DNA of 64,000 nt from Candidatus Aegiribacteria sp. Its GTDB lineage: Bacteria; Fermentibacterota; Fermentibacteria; Fermentibacterales; JCC-6. The stretch lies in NCBI GenBank assembly GCA_021108005.1, contig JAIORS010000013.1, forward strand, positions 24,291 through 88,290, in the 5' to 3' direction. Both the position numbers and the translations under genes were made by a program. A model generated the notes under the pieces. That model searched no databases. It worked only from the letters and a program-made list of their open reading frames with translations, and was not told where the DNA came from. This document shows, piece by piece, positions 48,951 to 58,686 of this stretch (position 1 is its first letter; the number at the start of each line of letters is the position of its first letter).

Positions 48951-50323
48951 AACCAGTTTCCTCCTTTTTCCTTTTTATTGGAGAGAAGATTTTCGATGGA
49001 ATCAATTAAACTGATAAAACCTTCTGCTCCACTGCCAGCCTTTTCCGCATCATCCGCGGAGCCGGCCAGCCCTGAAAATCCCAGGCTGAGAGCCTCTCTC
49101 AATCTGAGATCGAAATGTGTCACCGGCCTGAGTTCTCCGCCAAGCCCTATTTCGCTGCTGACGGTAATGCCCTCTTTCACCGGTTTTTCCAGTCTGCTGG
49201 AAGCAACTGCAAGACAGACCCCGAGATCAGCTCCGGGGTCGGCAAGACTGGCGCCTCCAGCAACGTTTACATAGACATCCTGATTGCCAAGATCCATCCC
49301 GCATCTTTTTTCCAGCACCGCAAGAAGCATCGGCAATCTGCGCGAATCCATACCGTTAACACTTCTCTGTGGATACCCGTACCTTGTAGTACTTGTTAAA
49401 GCCTGAACCTCTACAAGAAATGGTCTCGTTCCCTCCATGACAGCTGTAATAACAGTTCCTGTACGAAGGGCGTTATCCCTCCTGAGGAAATAGGCTGATA
49501 CTTCGCTTACGCTTCGCAGCCCTTCCCTGGTCATCTCGAACACACCAAGCTCATTTGTTGAACCAAAACGGTTCTTGGCGGCTCTGAGAAGACGGTAGAC
49601 CCGATCTCCTTCACCCTCGAAATATATAACAGAATCAACAAGGTGTTCCAGAACTTTCGGCCCCGCAAGTGAACCGGCTTTGGTTACATGACCAACTATG
49701 AAAGCGGTTAAACCCTTTGTTTTGCATTCTCTTATAAGCTCCGAAGTGCAGTGCCTCACCTGCGAAACTGTACCGGGAGCACTGGCGAGGTCTGCGGAGT
49801 AGAGCGTCTGGATGGAATCAACCACCACGAGGGAGCAGCCTGCGCTCTCCAGGTTGCTTAGGACAGTATCAAGGTTCGTTGTGGCAAGAACTATCACGTC
49901 ATTCCGCACCGAATTAATTCTGCGTGCCCTCTGAGCGATCTGTTCGGGGGACTCCTCTCCGGTTGAGTAAAGTACTTTTTCTCCTCTGTCTGAAAGAGCG
50001 GCGGAAAGCTGAAGCATAAGGGTACTTTTTCCGATTCCGGGTTCTCCTCCGATAAGATTCACCGATCCTTTGAGAACACCTCCACCCAGAACTCTGTCAA
50101 GTTCTTCAATACCCGTTTTTAATCTTTCCCCGGAGATTTTCGGGATTTCAGAGAGGGGAACCGGGTGAGTAACGATCCCTCTGGAAAGTGGTTTTCCGGA
50201 AACTTTTACAACGACTTCTTCTACCATTGTATTCCATGCTCCGCAATGGGGACATTTCCCGGACCACCTTGCCGTATTGCCTCCGCACTCGTTACAAATG
50301 AAAATAGTCTTCTTTTTGGCCAA
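48947..50323 (-). CDS. radA: DNA repair protein RadA
   Basis: Zn ribbon CNECGG...CPHCGAWN, Walker A GGEPGIGKST, KNRFG motif, and a Lon-like C-domain. Confidence 0.96.
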   Translation of the reverse strand: MAKKKTIFICNECGGNTARWSGKCPHCGAWNTMVEEVVVKVSGKPLSRGIVTHPVPLSEIPKISGERLKTGIEELDRVLGGGVLKGSVNLIGGEPGIGKSTLMLQLSAALSDRGEKVLYSTGEESPEQIAQRARRINSVRNDVIVLATTNLDTVLSNLESAGCSLVVVDSIQTLYSADLASAPGTVSQVRHCTSELIRECKTKGLTAFIVGHVTKAGSLAGPKVLEHLVDSVIYFEGEGDRVYRLLRAAKNRFGSTNELGVFEMTREGLRSVSEVSAYFLRRDNALRTGTVITAVMEGTRPFLVEVQALTSTTRYGYPQRSVNGMDSRRLPMLLAVLEKRCGMDLGNQDVYVNVAGGASLADPGADLGVCLAVASSRLEKPVKEGITVSSEIGLGGELRPVTHFDLRLREALSLGFSGLAGSADDAEKAGSGAEGFISLIDSIENLLSNKKEKGGNWL

Positions 50324-50334
50324 GCTGCCCCTAA

Positions 50335-51690
50335 CTACTCTAACCCGTCCTGGTCAACAGGGAAAAATCGAGTGATATCAGCTTTGAAAATAAGGTCAAT
50401 CATGCCCAGGGGGCCGTTTCGCTGTTTTCCTATTTTCAGCACAGTCTCTCTTCTTAGAAAGTCAATCTGACCTTCATATTCCCCGTCCTGATCGGCATGT
50501 ATTTCAGGCTGATGAAGGAACATTACCAGGTCGGCATCCTGTTCGATAGCACCGCTTTCCCGCAGGTCGCTGAGCCTGGGGGTACCGCTTCTTTTTGTAG
50601 CCATACGGCTCAACTGGGAAAGCGCCATCACGGGAAGTTCCATCTCCTTGGAAAGCGCTTTTAGATCGCCAGTAATGCGCGCGATCTCCTGCTGTCTGTT
50701 CTCGGAGTTTCCATCGCTGCGCATGAGCTGAAGATAATCGACGAAGACCATGCAGAGATCTTCCCGCCTTTTGAGGCTTCTAACCTTTGCCCTCACCTCC
50801 ATAGAACCTATACCGGCCTTGTCATCGATAAATATCTTCATTCTCTGGAGCCTGTCGGCGGCTGCCTGTAGATCGTACCAGGCATTCTGGGAAAGGGTCC
50901 CCTCGATAATTGGTTTTGTACCTATGTGGGCATCGGCGCAGAGCATTCTCTGAGTAAGTTTCGCATCGGACATCTCCAGGCTGAAAATAGCTACAGCCCT
51001 TTCCGTTTCGCTTGCGATATGTGTCGCCATATTCAATGCCATACTTGTTTTGCCTATACCGGGCCTCGCTGCAAGAATGATCAACTCACCAGAATGAAAT
51101 CCCGTAGTCATTTTATCCAGTTCGGTGAACCCTGTGGAAAGTCCGGTGACGTAACCCTTGGTATTCCTGAGGTTCTCAAGTTCTTCGATACCCCTGGAAA
51201 CAAGCTGTGCTAAAGGCTTGAACTCACCCGAAGCCCTTGTTTCGGTAATCGCCATGATCTTGCTGGCGGCTGCGTCAAGAACGTTCTCTACATCATCGGT
51301 TCCTTCGAGAACTTCGTTGATATTCTCCCTGCTGACCTTGATGAGCTGACGAAGCATGGCCTTGTCCTTGATTATCTTTATGTACTGAAGCACATTCGAA
51401 AGCAGGGGAATGTCATCGGTAAGAGAAGCGATGTACTCTATACCTCCGGCCTCTTCCAGAATTTTTTTTCTCGATAATTCCTCGCCAACAGTAACCATAT
51501 CCGTTACGCTGTTTTTTGAGTCAAGATCACGGCAAGCCTGGAAGATTCTTCTGTGTTTACGGTCGAAAAAATCGTTTGTGTTAAGGCCATCAAGGGCTTC
51601 AACAGCAAGTTCCTGATCGAGAAGCATAGCTCCCAGAACGCTCTTTTCAGCATCCAGGCTATGTGGAGGTCTGTGTCCCTTTTCATCCAT
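50335..51690 (-). CDS. dnaB: Replicative DNA helicase DnaB
   Basis: PHSLDAEKSVLGAML N-domain, Walker A ARPGIGKTS, and RecA-like C-domain motifs. Confidence 0.96.
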   Translation of the reverse strand: MDEKGHRPPHSLDAEKSVLGAMLLDQELAVEALDGLNTNDFFDRKHRRIFQACRDLDSKNSVTDMVTVGEELSRKKILEEAGGIEYIASLTDDIPLLSNVLQYIKIIKDKAMLRQLIKVSRENINEVLEGTDDVENVLDAAASKIMAITETRASGEFKPLAQLVSRGIEELENLRNTKGYVTGLSTGFTELDKMTTGFHSGELIILAARPGIGKTSMALNMATHIASETERAVAIFSLEMSDAKLTQRMLCADAHIGTKPIIEGTLSQNAWYDLQAAADRLQRMKIFIDDKAGIGSMEVRAKVRSLKRREDLCMVFVDYLQLMRSDGNSENRQQEIARITGDLKALSKEMELPVMALSQLSRMATKRSGTPRLSDLRESGAIEQDADLVMFLHQPEIHADQDGEYEGQIDFLRRETVLKIGKQRNGPLGMIDLIFKADITRFFPVDQDGLE

Positions 51691-52442
51691 TATGCTCTAT
51701 CCTTACCGGCTCTGGGAAGATTCAATTCATCGAGGAGTTTCTTAAGCTTTTTCATATCATCCCATACAGGCCTTTTCAGGGCCTGAGTTCGCAGAAGGGC
51801 AGCCGGATGATAGGTGGGAAGAACCGGTATATCGCCATATCTGTGAATGGAACCTCTGAGTTTTCCTATACCCTCTTTGCTCCCGGTCATCGTTCTGCTG
51901 GCAGGCGCGCCAAGGGATACTATAATACCCGGTTTCATTATCCGTATCTGTTCTTCCAGTATCCACCAGCAGGCTGCAACTTCATCCGGTGAAGGATTTC
52001 TGTTACCGGGGGGTCTGCATTTAACAATATTCGTTATGTACACCGAATCCCTGTTCAGGTCGATGGCCTCCAGTATTTTATCCAACAGCTTCCCCGCTCG
52101 GCCAACGAATGGTTCGCCCTGAATATCTTCGTTGGCTCCGGGTCCCTCACCGATGAAAAGGATTCCAGCCGAAGGGTTGCCTCCACCGAAAACAATCGAA
52201 TTTCTCTTTTCACACAGACGACAGGCCTGGCAGTCGCCAACCCTTGATGTAAGCGCTTCAAGTCCCTCAGGTATATTTCCGCCTTTTTCACCTGTTACCG
52301 AAGGGGTCTTTTCTCCTTTCAGCTCTGAAATCCATTCAGGAAGTACAAAAATGTCATCAATACCAAAGCTGGCTACCGAATTCCAGAAAGGGTCAGCTCT
52401 GCCTTTCGGAGCAAGTGTATTCCTGTCGTCAGCCATTAACAT
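51690..52442 (-). CDS. udg: Uracil-DNA glycosylase, family 4
   Basis: GEGPGANEDIQGEPFVGRAGKLL and HPAALLR motifs, plus Cys ligands (CQACRLC). Confidence 0.9.
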   Translation of the reverse strand: MLMADDRNTLAPKGRADPFWNSVASFGIDDIFVLPEWISELKGEKTPSVTGEKGGNIPEGLEALTSRVGDCQACRLCEKRNSIVFGGGNPSAGILFIGEGPGANEDIQGEPFVGRAGKLLDKILEAIDLNRDSVYITNIVKCRPPGNRNPSPDEVAACWWILEEQIRIMKPGIIVSLGAPASRTMTGSKEGIGKLRGSIHRYGDIPVLPTYHPAALLRTQALKRPVWDDMKKLKKLLDELNLPRAGKDRA

Positions 52443-53731
52443 TCACTGCCTTTCATTAAATATCTTCCCATGGCTGCTGCCAGCAGTTCGGCAATATACC
52501 TTTTCGAGAATCGTTTGACCTCTTCGGAACTGCCGTTACTGAAAATAAGCTTCCCCTGGTTGGAGGATACCTCCATTCCAGCTCCGGGAATGTCCCCCGG
52601 ATTGAAGAAAACGGCAGATGCCCCCTTCCTCTTCATTTTTCCAATGGCTCTTTCTTCTCCGCCGGAGCCGAATTCAAGGGCAAAAGCCATCACCGGACAC
52701 ATACCTTTCACTGACCTGTGCAGTTCTTCAAGTATATCGGGAGTTGCCTCAAGTTCAAGCTCTACGGTTCCCGCTCTTTCGGTTTTACCATCAAGAAAGC
52801 TTGATGGGCTGAAATCGGATACTGCCGCTGCCATTACAAGCAAGTCAGCCTTTTCAACTTCACCGATAAGGATATCAAGCATTTCCCGCGCCGTTTCAAC
52901 GGTAACGATATCCGTTCCGGAGGGATCTGAATTGCAGGCAGGCCCGGTAACGAACAGAACATCAGCTCCGGCATCACGAAATGCCTCCGCCATACTGCAA
53001 CCCATAAGACCGCTGGATCTGTTGGAAATGAACCGAACCCTGTCAAGCGGTTCCCTTGTGGGGCCGGATGTTACTATTACCCTTCTCCCCTCCCAGTATT
53101 CAAGCCCCCTGAAAGAGTCGGGAGAAAAAGCCCTGACTTCGCGAGGAAAAACCGTATTCTCCAGTTTCAGCTTCTCGCCTTGGATTATCGCTTCAACCTG
53201 TATCAGGGAGTCTTCGAGACTATCGTTACGTATGTAATAATCGAAAGAACCGATCCAGCCTGTTTCCCTTGCCGCGGTTTCCATCCTCCTTCGAACGACA
53301 TCAGGATCATCCGTATTTCTGGATATCAACCTGCTGCGGAGTACATCCGGAGAAGACGTCAGAACGAAGATGAGTATTGAAGCCGGAAAAGCTTCCTTAA
53401 CCTGAAGCGCTCCCTGAACGTCTATATCAAGGATAACACTTGCCCCTCGGGATAGTTCTTTTAAAACCCAATCTTTTGAAGTTCCATAAAGGTGTCCATG
53501 AACCTCCGCGTATTCAAGGAAATAACCGTCATCAATTCTCTTCTGGAATTCATCCCTGCCTGTAAAGAAGTAGTCCACCCCATCCTTCTCCGAACCCCGC
53601 GGTGGTCTTGTCGTTGTTGAAATTGAGAATACCGCGGAACTGAACGTATCAACAAGGTGATGGGCAAGCGTAGTTTTACCGGCTCCCGAAGGCCCCGCAA
53701 TAACTATCAGCTGCCCGGTCGCGCTACTCAA
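52436..53731 (-). CDS. gmk/coaB: Fusion of guanylate kinase (N-terminal) and phosphopantothenate--cysteine ligase CoaB (C-terminal)
   Basis: Residues 1 to approx 185: IAGPSGAGKTTL...TTRPPRGSE..GVDYFF (Gmk). Residues approx 215-431: GRRVIVTSGPTREPLDRVRFISNRSSGLMG...AAAVSDF (CoaB domain of Dfp). No flavoprotein CoaC segment. Confidence 0.85.
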   Translation of the reverse strand: MSSATGQLIVIAGPSGAGKTTLAHHLVDTFSSAVFSISTTTRPPRGSEKDGVDYFFTGRDEFQKRIDDGYFLEYAEVHGHLYGTSKDWVLKELSRGASVILDIDVQGALQVKEAFPASILIFVLTSSPDVLRSRLISRNTDDPDVVRRRMETAARETGWIGSFDYYIRNDSLEDSLIQVEAIIQGEKLKLENTVFPREVRAFSPDSFRGLEYWEGRRVIVTSGPTREPLDRVRFISNRSSGLMGCSMAEAFRDAGADVLFVTGPACNSDPSGTDIVTVETAREMLDILIGEVEKADLLVMAAAVSDFSPSSFLDGKTERAGTVELELEATPDILEELHRSVKGMCPVMAFALEFGSGGEERAIGKMKRKGASAVFFNPGDIPGAGMEVSSNQGKLIFSNGSSEEVKRFSKRYIAELLAAAMGRYLMKGSEC

Positions 53732-54605
53732 TGTTCGCAGCCTGTTCTTTAAGTGAAGACAGTATGTTCTTCATTTCGATAACTCGCAGTGACTGTTCCG
53801 GATCGTCAACTTTCGCTCCCATCGTGTTCAGCTCCCGATGTATTTCCTGAATAAGAAACTCCAGCTTCCGTCCGATGGAATGGTCGGTAGAATCAAGGAT
53901 TTCAAGGACATGGTCAAGGTGGCATTTCAGCCTCTGGACTTCCTCGGTTACGTCAGATCTGTCCGCCATGAGAGCGAGTTCCTGCATCAAGCGGTTTTCA
54001 TCCAGACTGACATCGTCCAGAAGTTCGATTATTCTTTCCTTAAGACGCCCGTACCTTTCCTGCACCGATTCCTTTTGACGGGCAAGAACGGGAGCAGCCA
54101 GTTCCCTGATACTTTCGAACCCCTCGCGAAATAAGGGAGCAAGTGCGGCTCCCTCCCTGCGGCGGCTTTCCCGGAGTTCATTAAGAGCCTCAGTCATGGA
54201 TGATCTGAACGCATTCGTCAGTTCACCGCGGTCAAGCATGGAAGGTTCAGCTGTTCTTACAACTCCAGGGAGATTGAGAAGCTCCCCCGCTGAAATCCCT
54301 TTGATGTGTTCGTTATCCTTGATGAGAAGCTCTGCGGTTGTAATGTACTGCCTTGCTGATTCTATATTGATAGATACTGACGAACCTTCTGAGCCGCCAA
54401 GTTCAATGGAAACATCCAGCCTGATGCGTCCTCTGTCGAACATCTCTTTGATGGTTTTTCTGACTTCGGGCTCCATACCGGAGAATACTTCGGGCAGCTT
54501 CAGGGAAATACTCAGGCTTTTATGATTGACCGATTTCGCTTCAACCGTCAGTGTATAATCGTCACCAGCAGTCTCAGTCCGGCCGAAGCCTGTCATTGAT
54601 TCCAT
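53724..54605 (-). CDS. yicC: YicC/YloC family stress-induced protein (endoribonuclease)
   Basis: MESMTGFGR N-terminus and the C-terminal ...EIHRELNTMGAK... motif. Track start 54650; ATG 54605 or 54596 fits the family better. Confidence 0.9.
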   Translation of the reverse strand: MESMTGFGRTETAGDDYTLTVEAKSVNHKSLSISLKLPEVFSGMEPEVRKTIKEMFDRGRIRLDVSIELGGSEGSSVSINIESARQYITTAELLIKDNEHIKGISAGELLNLPGVVRTAEPSMLDRGELTNAFRSSMTEALNELRESRRREGAALAPLFREGFESIRELAAPVLARQKESVQERYGRLKERIIELLDDVSLDENRLMQELALMADRSDVTEEVQRLKCHLDHVLEILDSTDHSIGRKLEFLIQEIHRELNTMGAKVDDPEQSLRVIEMKNILSSLKEQAANIE

Positions 54606-54888
54606 AAGATATCCTTCCGGAAATACGGGGTCGGACTTCATTTGCGACACTTACAAAAATAAAAAATTCCAGAAAGCACATATAGAAATATATTTCATGC
54701 TTGTCAACGAACTGAAAAGCAGATATCTATTTTTGTATTCTACCTTGAAAATGAATTATCAGGAAAAGTAGAACTGCTGATGAGAACTTGACTGCAGTAA
54801 TCAGATTAATAGTATTAGAGACATCGGTACAAATATCCAGGTACTGAGATAAGTAGCAGTTACGTAATCATTGCAGGGTTGGATAAAA

Positions 54889-55305
54889 ATGAAAATAACG
54901 AAATTTCAAACACCATTATTCTTTCTGCTGGCATTATCCTGTCCAGGTAACCTTCAAGCCTATGAAATACAGATTGAAACAGGGCCTGCTACTGATGCAG
55001 GACCGAATACTTTCCCGACCGAGAATCCTCCCGGGGAAGGCGAAACCTTGATGTCCTGGCTGGAAGGGGAAATAGAGATAGCGAGAATACTGATTGGCAC
55101 TCCATACATGAATTCAAATCAGGTTGAATTTACTGAAGAGTACGTGCAGGACCGTTTTGAGAATTCTATTTGTGTAAATTCCAGGATGGATGAATGGCAT
55201 TATGCGCCTCTAACAATGGGTACGGTATATTTTACTAATGGTGACAGAATCAATTTCATAATGTACCTGTCAGGCATATCGATTTCAGGTAACTTATTTG
55301 AGTAA
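54889..55305 (+). CDS. Secreted hypothetical protein
   Basis: Signal peptide MKITKFQTPLFFLLALSCPGNLQA. No family recognised. Confidence 0.45.
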   Translation: MKITKFQTPLFFLLALSCPGNLQAYEIQIETGPATDAGPNTFPTENPPGEGETLMSWLEGEIEIARILIGTPYMNSNQVEFTEEYVQDRFENSICVNSRMDEWHYAPLTMGTVYFTNGDRINFIMYLSGISISGNLFE

Positions 55306-55314
55306 GAGTGGACT

Positions 55315-56106
55315 ATGGAAATTGTTGATTTAACAGAAGAGTACGAGGGCAATTACTTCGTTTGTCTCGAAGACTGGTCAGACGAAATAAAGGAAGCCGG
55401 AAATCGTAAGGAACTCTGGTATCGAAAAATGAAAGATAAGGGGCTACGTGTTAAACTGGCTCTTAATGATGAGGCAAAACCAGTCGGTATGATTCAATAT
55501 CTCCCAATCGAATACTCTTTTGTAAAAGGCAGCGAATTGTATTTCATCCTGTGTATCTGGGTCCACGGATACAAAAAAAAGGGAGTTGGGGATTATCGGA
55601 AACAGGGAATCGGCAAGGCGCTGATAACGGCAGCGGAAGATGACGCAAAGAAGAGAGGCGCGAAAGGGCTAGTTGCCTGGGGAGTGCCTATACCGGTTTT
55701 CATGAGAGCTTCCTGGTTCAAAAAGCAGGGATACGTTCAAGTAGACAAAGAAGGCTTCCTCGGTCGGGTTCTACTGTGGAAACCTTTTTCAGATGACGCT
55801 GTTCCGCCAGAATGGATCGAAGGCAGGAAAGAGCCGGAATTGGAACATGACAAAGTAACTGTAACAGGATTCATCAACGGATGGTGTCCCGCTTACAACA
55901 TGGTTTTTGAAAGGGCGAAACGGGCTTCCTCAGAACTTGGAGACCAGGTTGTTTTTCATGAGATAAATACTTTTGATAAAGAAGTTTTTGACGAATGGGG
56001 CATTTCTGATTCGATATTCATCAACAGAAAAAAACTCAATACCGGACCGCCTCCATCCTATCAGAAAATAAAGAAGAGAATATCAAAAGCATTGAAAAAT
56101 GTATGA
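55315..56106 (+). CDS. GNAT N-acetyltransferase with a C-terminal YoaP-like (thioredoxin-like) domain
   Basis: Acetyl-CoA motif RKQGIGKALITAAEDDAKKRG. The C-terminal VTVTGFINGWCPAYN... resembles the YoaP-like domain. Confidence 0.7.
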   Translation: MEIVDLTEEYEGNYFVCLEDWSDEIKEAGNRKELWYRKMKDKGLRVKLALNDEAKPVGMIQYLPIEYSFVKGSELYFILCIWVHGYKKKGVGDYRKQGIGKALITAAEDDAKKRGAKGLVAWGVPIPVFMRASWFKKQGYVQVDKEGFLGRVLLWKPFSDDAVPPEWIEGRKEPELEHDKVTVTGFINGWCPAYNMVFERAKRASSELGDQVVFHEINTFDKEVFDEWGISDSIFINRKKLNTGPPPSYQKIKKRISKALKNV

Positions 56107-56206
56107 AAGTAATTTACCGCCTCGAAATCTATTTGGCCGCGCTGTGTGTAATCGGGTCGGTTAGGTTGATCAGGTGCGAACATGATTTCAGAAAGAATTC
56201 TATGCG

Positions 56207-57004
56207 ATGGTAAAAGCTAATATCTGCTCGCATCGACCTGTTCTTCAACCTTGCGCCCTGGAAGGTTATTCTTTTCAATTGGATCCTTATATCGGCTGTG
56301 AGCATCACTGCTATTACTGTTACGCTCTTAACGAGGCTGAGACAGATTGGGCCAGGGAGATACAGATACACCAGGACATTCGCGCCCAGCTCAGTAATGA
56401 AATTTCGTCTATTGATACCCAGCCAGTTTACATAGGCTGGAATTCTGATGCTTATCAGCCTTTAGAGGCTGATTACCAACAGACCAGACAGGCACTGGAA
56501 TTACTCGCAGAACGCAGGTTTCCGGTTTGTGTGCTGACTAAATCCGACCTGGTGGTGAGGGACATGGACTTATTTAAACGCATGTCCGGTTCATCGGTGG
56601 GGATCTCGATAGCCTTTCAAAACGACCATGACAGAGAACTGTTCGAAGCTTCTGCACCGTCAAACAGGGAGAGGGTTGAAGCGCTGATACGGTTGCATGA
56701 GGAAGGTATCGAAACGTATACGCTGATCTGCCCGGTGATGCCATTCATTACTGATGTGGGAAAACTTGTCAGCCTGGTCGAGCCGTATTCGGACACGATC
56801 TGGATTTACCCTTTGAGCCTGGATACCTTCGAAGACCGCAACTGGCAGAACATACGGCAGATACTGCAGGAACATTATCCTGATATGGCGAAGAAATACA
56901 TAGAGATTGCTTTCAATTCCGATCATGCCTATTGGACACGATTGCGGTCAGAATTAAATTTGTTACAGCAGCAGACACGGCCGGAATTGAGAATCGAAGT
57001 GTGA
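56207..57004 (+). CDS. Radical SAM protein (SPL/DNA-photolyase-like subfamily)
   Basis: CxxxCxxC cluster motif GCEHHCYYCYA near the N-terminus. Approx 265 aa TIM-barrel-size protein. Confidence 0.75.
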   Translation: MVKANICSHRPVLQPCALEGYSFQLDPYIGCEHHCYYCYALNEAETDWAREIQIHQDIRAQLSNEISSIDTQPVYIGWNSDAYQPLEADYQQTRQALELLAERRFPVCVLTKSDLVVRDMDLFKRMSGSSVGISIAFQNDHDRELFEASAPSNRERVEALIRLHEEGIETYTLICPVMPFITDVGKLVSLVEPYSDTIWIYPLSLDTFEDRNWQNIRQILQEHYPDMAKKYIEIAFNSDHAYWTRLRSELNLLQQQTRPELRIEV

Positions 57005-57109
57005 AGATCAATATGTTTTTATGTTTCGTGCAGTCACGCTGCTTAACGATTCGTTCAAACGGACTCCGGACGCAGTGCGGGCACCGCTGATGCGCGAGTT
57101 TAGATAAGA

Positions 57110-57895
57110 ATGGAATTCAAAGAGGAGAAATCAATGATCAGCTTCGATCAATACTACCTTGAATACCTTGGCGTTCATACGGAACGACTGAAGGTAGGAC
57201 ATCGAGTCTTTCCGTGTGAAAGAAGAGCCGGAACATTTGCTTTCTTCTATGCACAGCATCTGATCTCAACGGTAATTAATGGCGATGTAGTATTCTCCGT
57301 TGCTCCGGAGTTTGCTCCCGCCTTTGAGATTCAACGTACGCTCCTTACAGACAACGCTGTTAATAAGGACCTGCTGAGAATGATCGACGATACTTTCTTT
57401 GATTTTCTTCCAGTCCTGCTCTACAGCACCAGGCTTATGAAGCGAATGACACTGGATAAGGGAGAACTGGTTAAACAAAAAACGAAGATCAAGGTTGATG
57501 TTCTATCTGAATCGGATAAAGCCAGGTTCATTTCCCGCTGGATTATCAGAGGAAAGAGATCTATTGAGTATCTATGGAACGCAAGATTAAAAGCTGTTCG
57601 TGCCGGCAGGTACTTCACCGCTTTTGAGAAGGATGAAATCGCCTCTTCAGCATACATATCGGATATTGATTACCTGGGCGCGAATATTACGGTAGGAACG
57701 AATTCCAAATTCAGGAGAAAAGGGTATGGAAAAGCCGTCGTCAGCCATGCGATTGAATGGTGCTTCTCGCATGGATATCGACCGATATACCTGGTAGATA
57801 TTAACAACGAACCATCGATCAAGCTGGCCGAGAGCCTGGGGTTCAGAGAGATGTCACGGGAAGTTGTCGTATCATCATGCAAAGAAGTTCATTAG
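57110..57895 (+). CDS. GNAT family acetyltransferase (C-terminal GNAT fold)
   Basis: The C-terminal block FRRKGYGKAVVSHAIEWCFSHGY...NEPSIKLAESLGF is a typical GNAT motif A/B. Confidence 0.65.
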   Translation: MEFKEEKSMISFDQYYLEYLGVHTERLKVGHRVFPCERRAGTFAFFYAQHLISTVINGDVVFSVAPEFAPAFEIQRTLLTDNAVNKDLLRMIDDTFFDFLPVLLYSTRLMKRMTLDKGELVKQKTKIKVDVLSESDKARFISRWIIRGKRSIEYLWNARLKAVRAGRYFTAFEKDEIASSAYISDIDYLGANITVGTNSKFRRKGYGKAVVSHAIEWCFSHGYRPIYLVDINNEPSIKLAESLGFREMSREVVVSSCKEVH

Positions 57896-57941
57896 CGCTG
57901 CTTCACTGCAGGCCTGTCATTCACATTTCTGGCAGAGGTAA

Positions 57942-58466
57942 ATGAGAATGAAAAAACGAATTATCCAGGTAGTTGCTTACAATTCGAAATGGCCGGATCA
58001 ATTTCGAATTGAGAGCAGGGCTTTATCAGATATACTCTCTAAAGAAATCGTGCACATTCACCACATTGGAAGTACCGCTGTTCCTGGATTGGCGGCAAAA
58101 CCGATAATAGATATTCTGTTGGAAGTGAAAGACGTAAATGCTCTGGATAGTTACAATTCTGAAATGGAAGAATCAAGCTACATTCCAAAAGGCGAATACG
58201 GTATACCGGGAAGACGGTTTTTCATAAAGGGCCAATTCGACCGGACACACAACATTCATGCATTTAACAATGGTTCGTATGGCGCGATAAGGCATATTGC
58301 CTTTCGTGACTACCTCATCGCGCATCCCCTGATAGCCGGGGAGTATGGTGATTTGAAGCTGAGATGTGCACGTATGTGTGATAACGATGTCGATAAGTAC
58401 TGCGATATGAAGCATGATTTCGTAAAGTATTATGAAGAAGAAGCAATGCAGTGGAAGCAGTATTAA
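57942..58466 (+). CDS. GrpB family protein (UPF0157)
   Basis: YNSKWPDQF...IHHIGSTAVPGLAAKPIIDI...H.H.F motif series typical of GrpB. Confidence 0.85.
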   Translation: MRMKKRIIQVVAYNSKWPDQFRIESRALSDILSKEIVHIHHIGSTAVPGLAAKPIIDILLEVKDVNALDSYNSEMEESSYIPKGEYGIPGRRFFIKGQFDRTHNIHAFNNGSYGAIRHIAFRDYLIAHPLIAGEYGDLKLRCARMCDNDVDKYCDMKHDFVKYYEEEAMQWKQY

Positions 58467-58686
58467 GCTATGGCTGCAAACTATGGCAAATGCCGGTGAA
58501 CTGGAGGTTATTTCTGTTTTACAAAGGCTATTTGCGTTTTAAGGCTGTTCAACCTGTCAATCCGCCTGGCTGGTTTTTCACTGCGCTTCACACCGGCATA
58601 TGATTCGGGATAAATGAATGGACATAAGCAGTAATCGGGCCCGTAAGAATCGTACAATTGCCTCAACTTCATTGTTGGGAGGAAGA

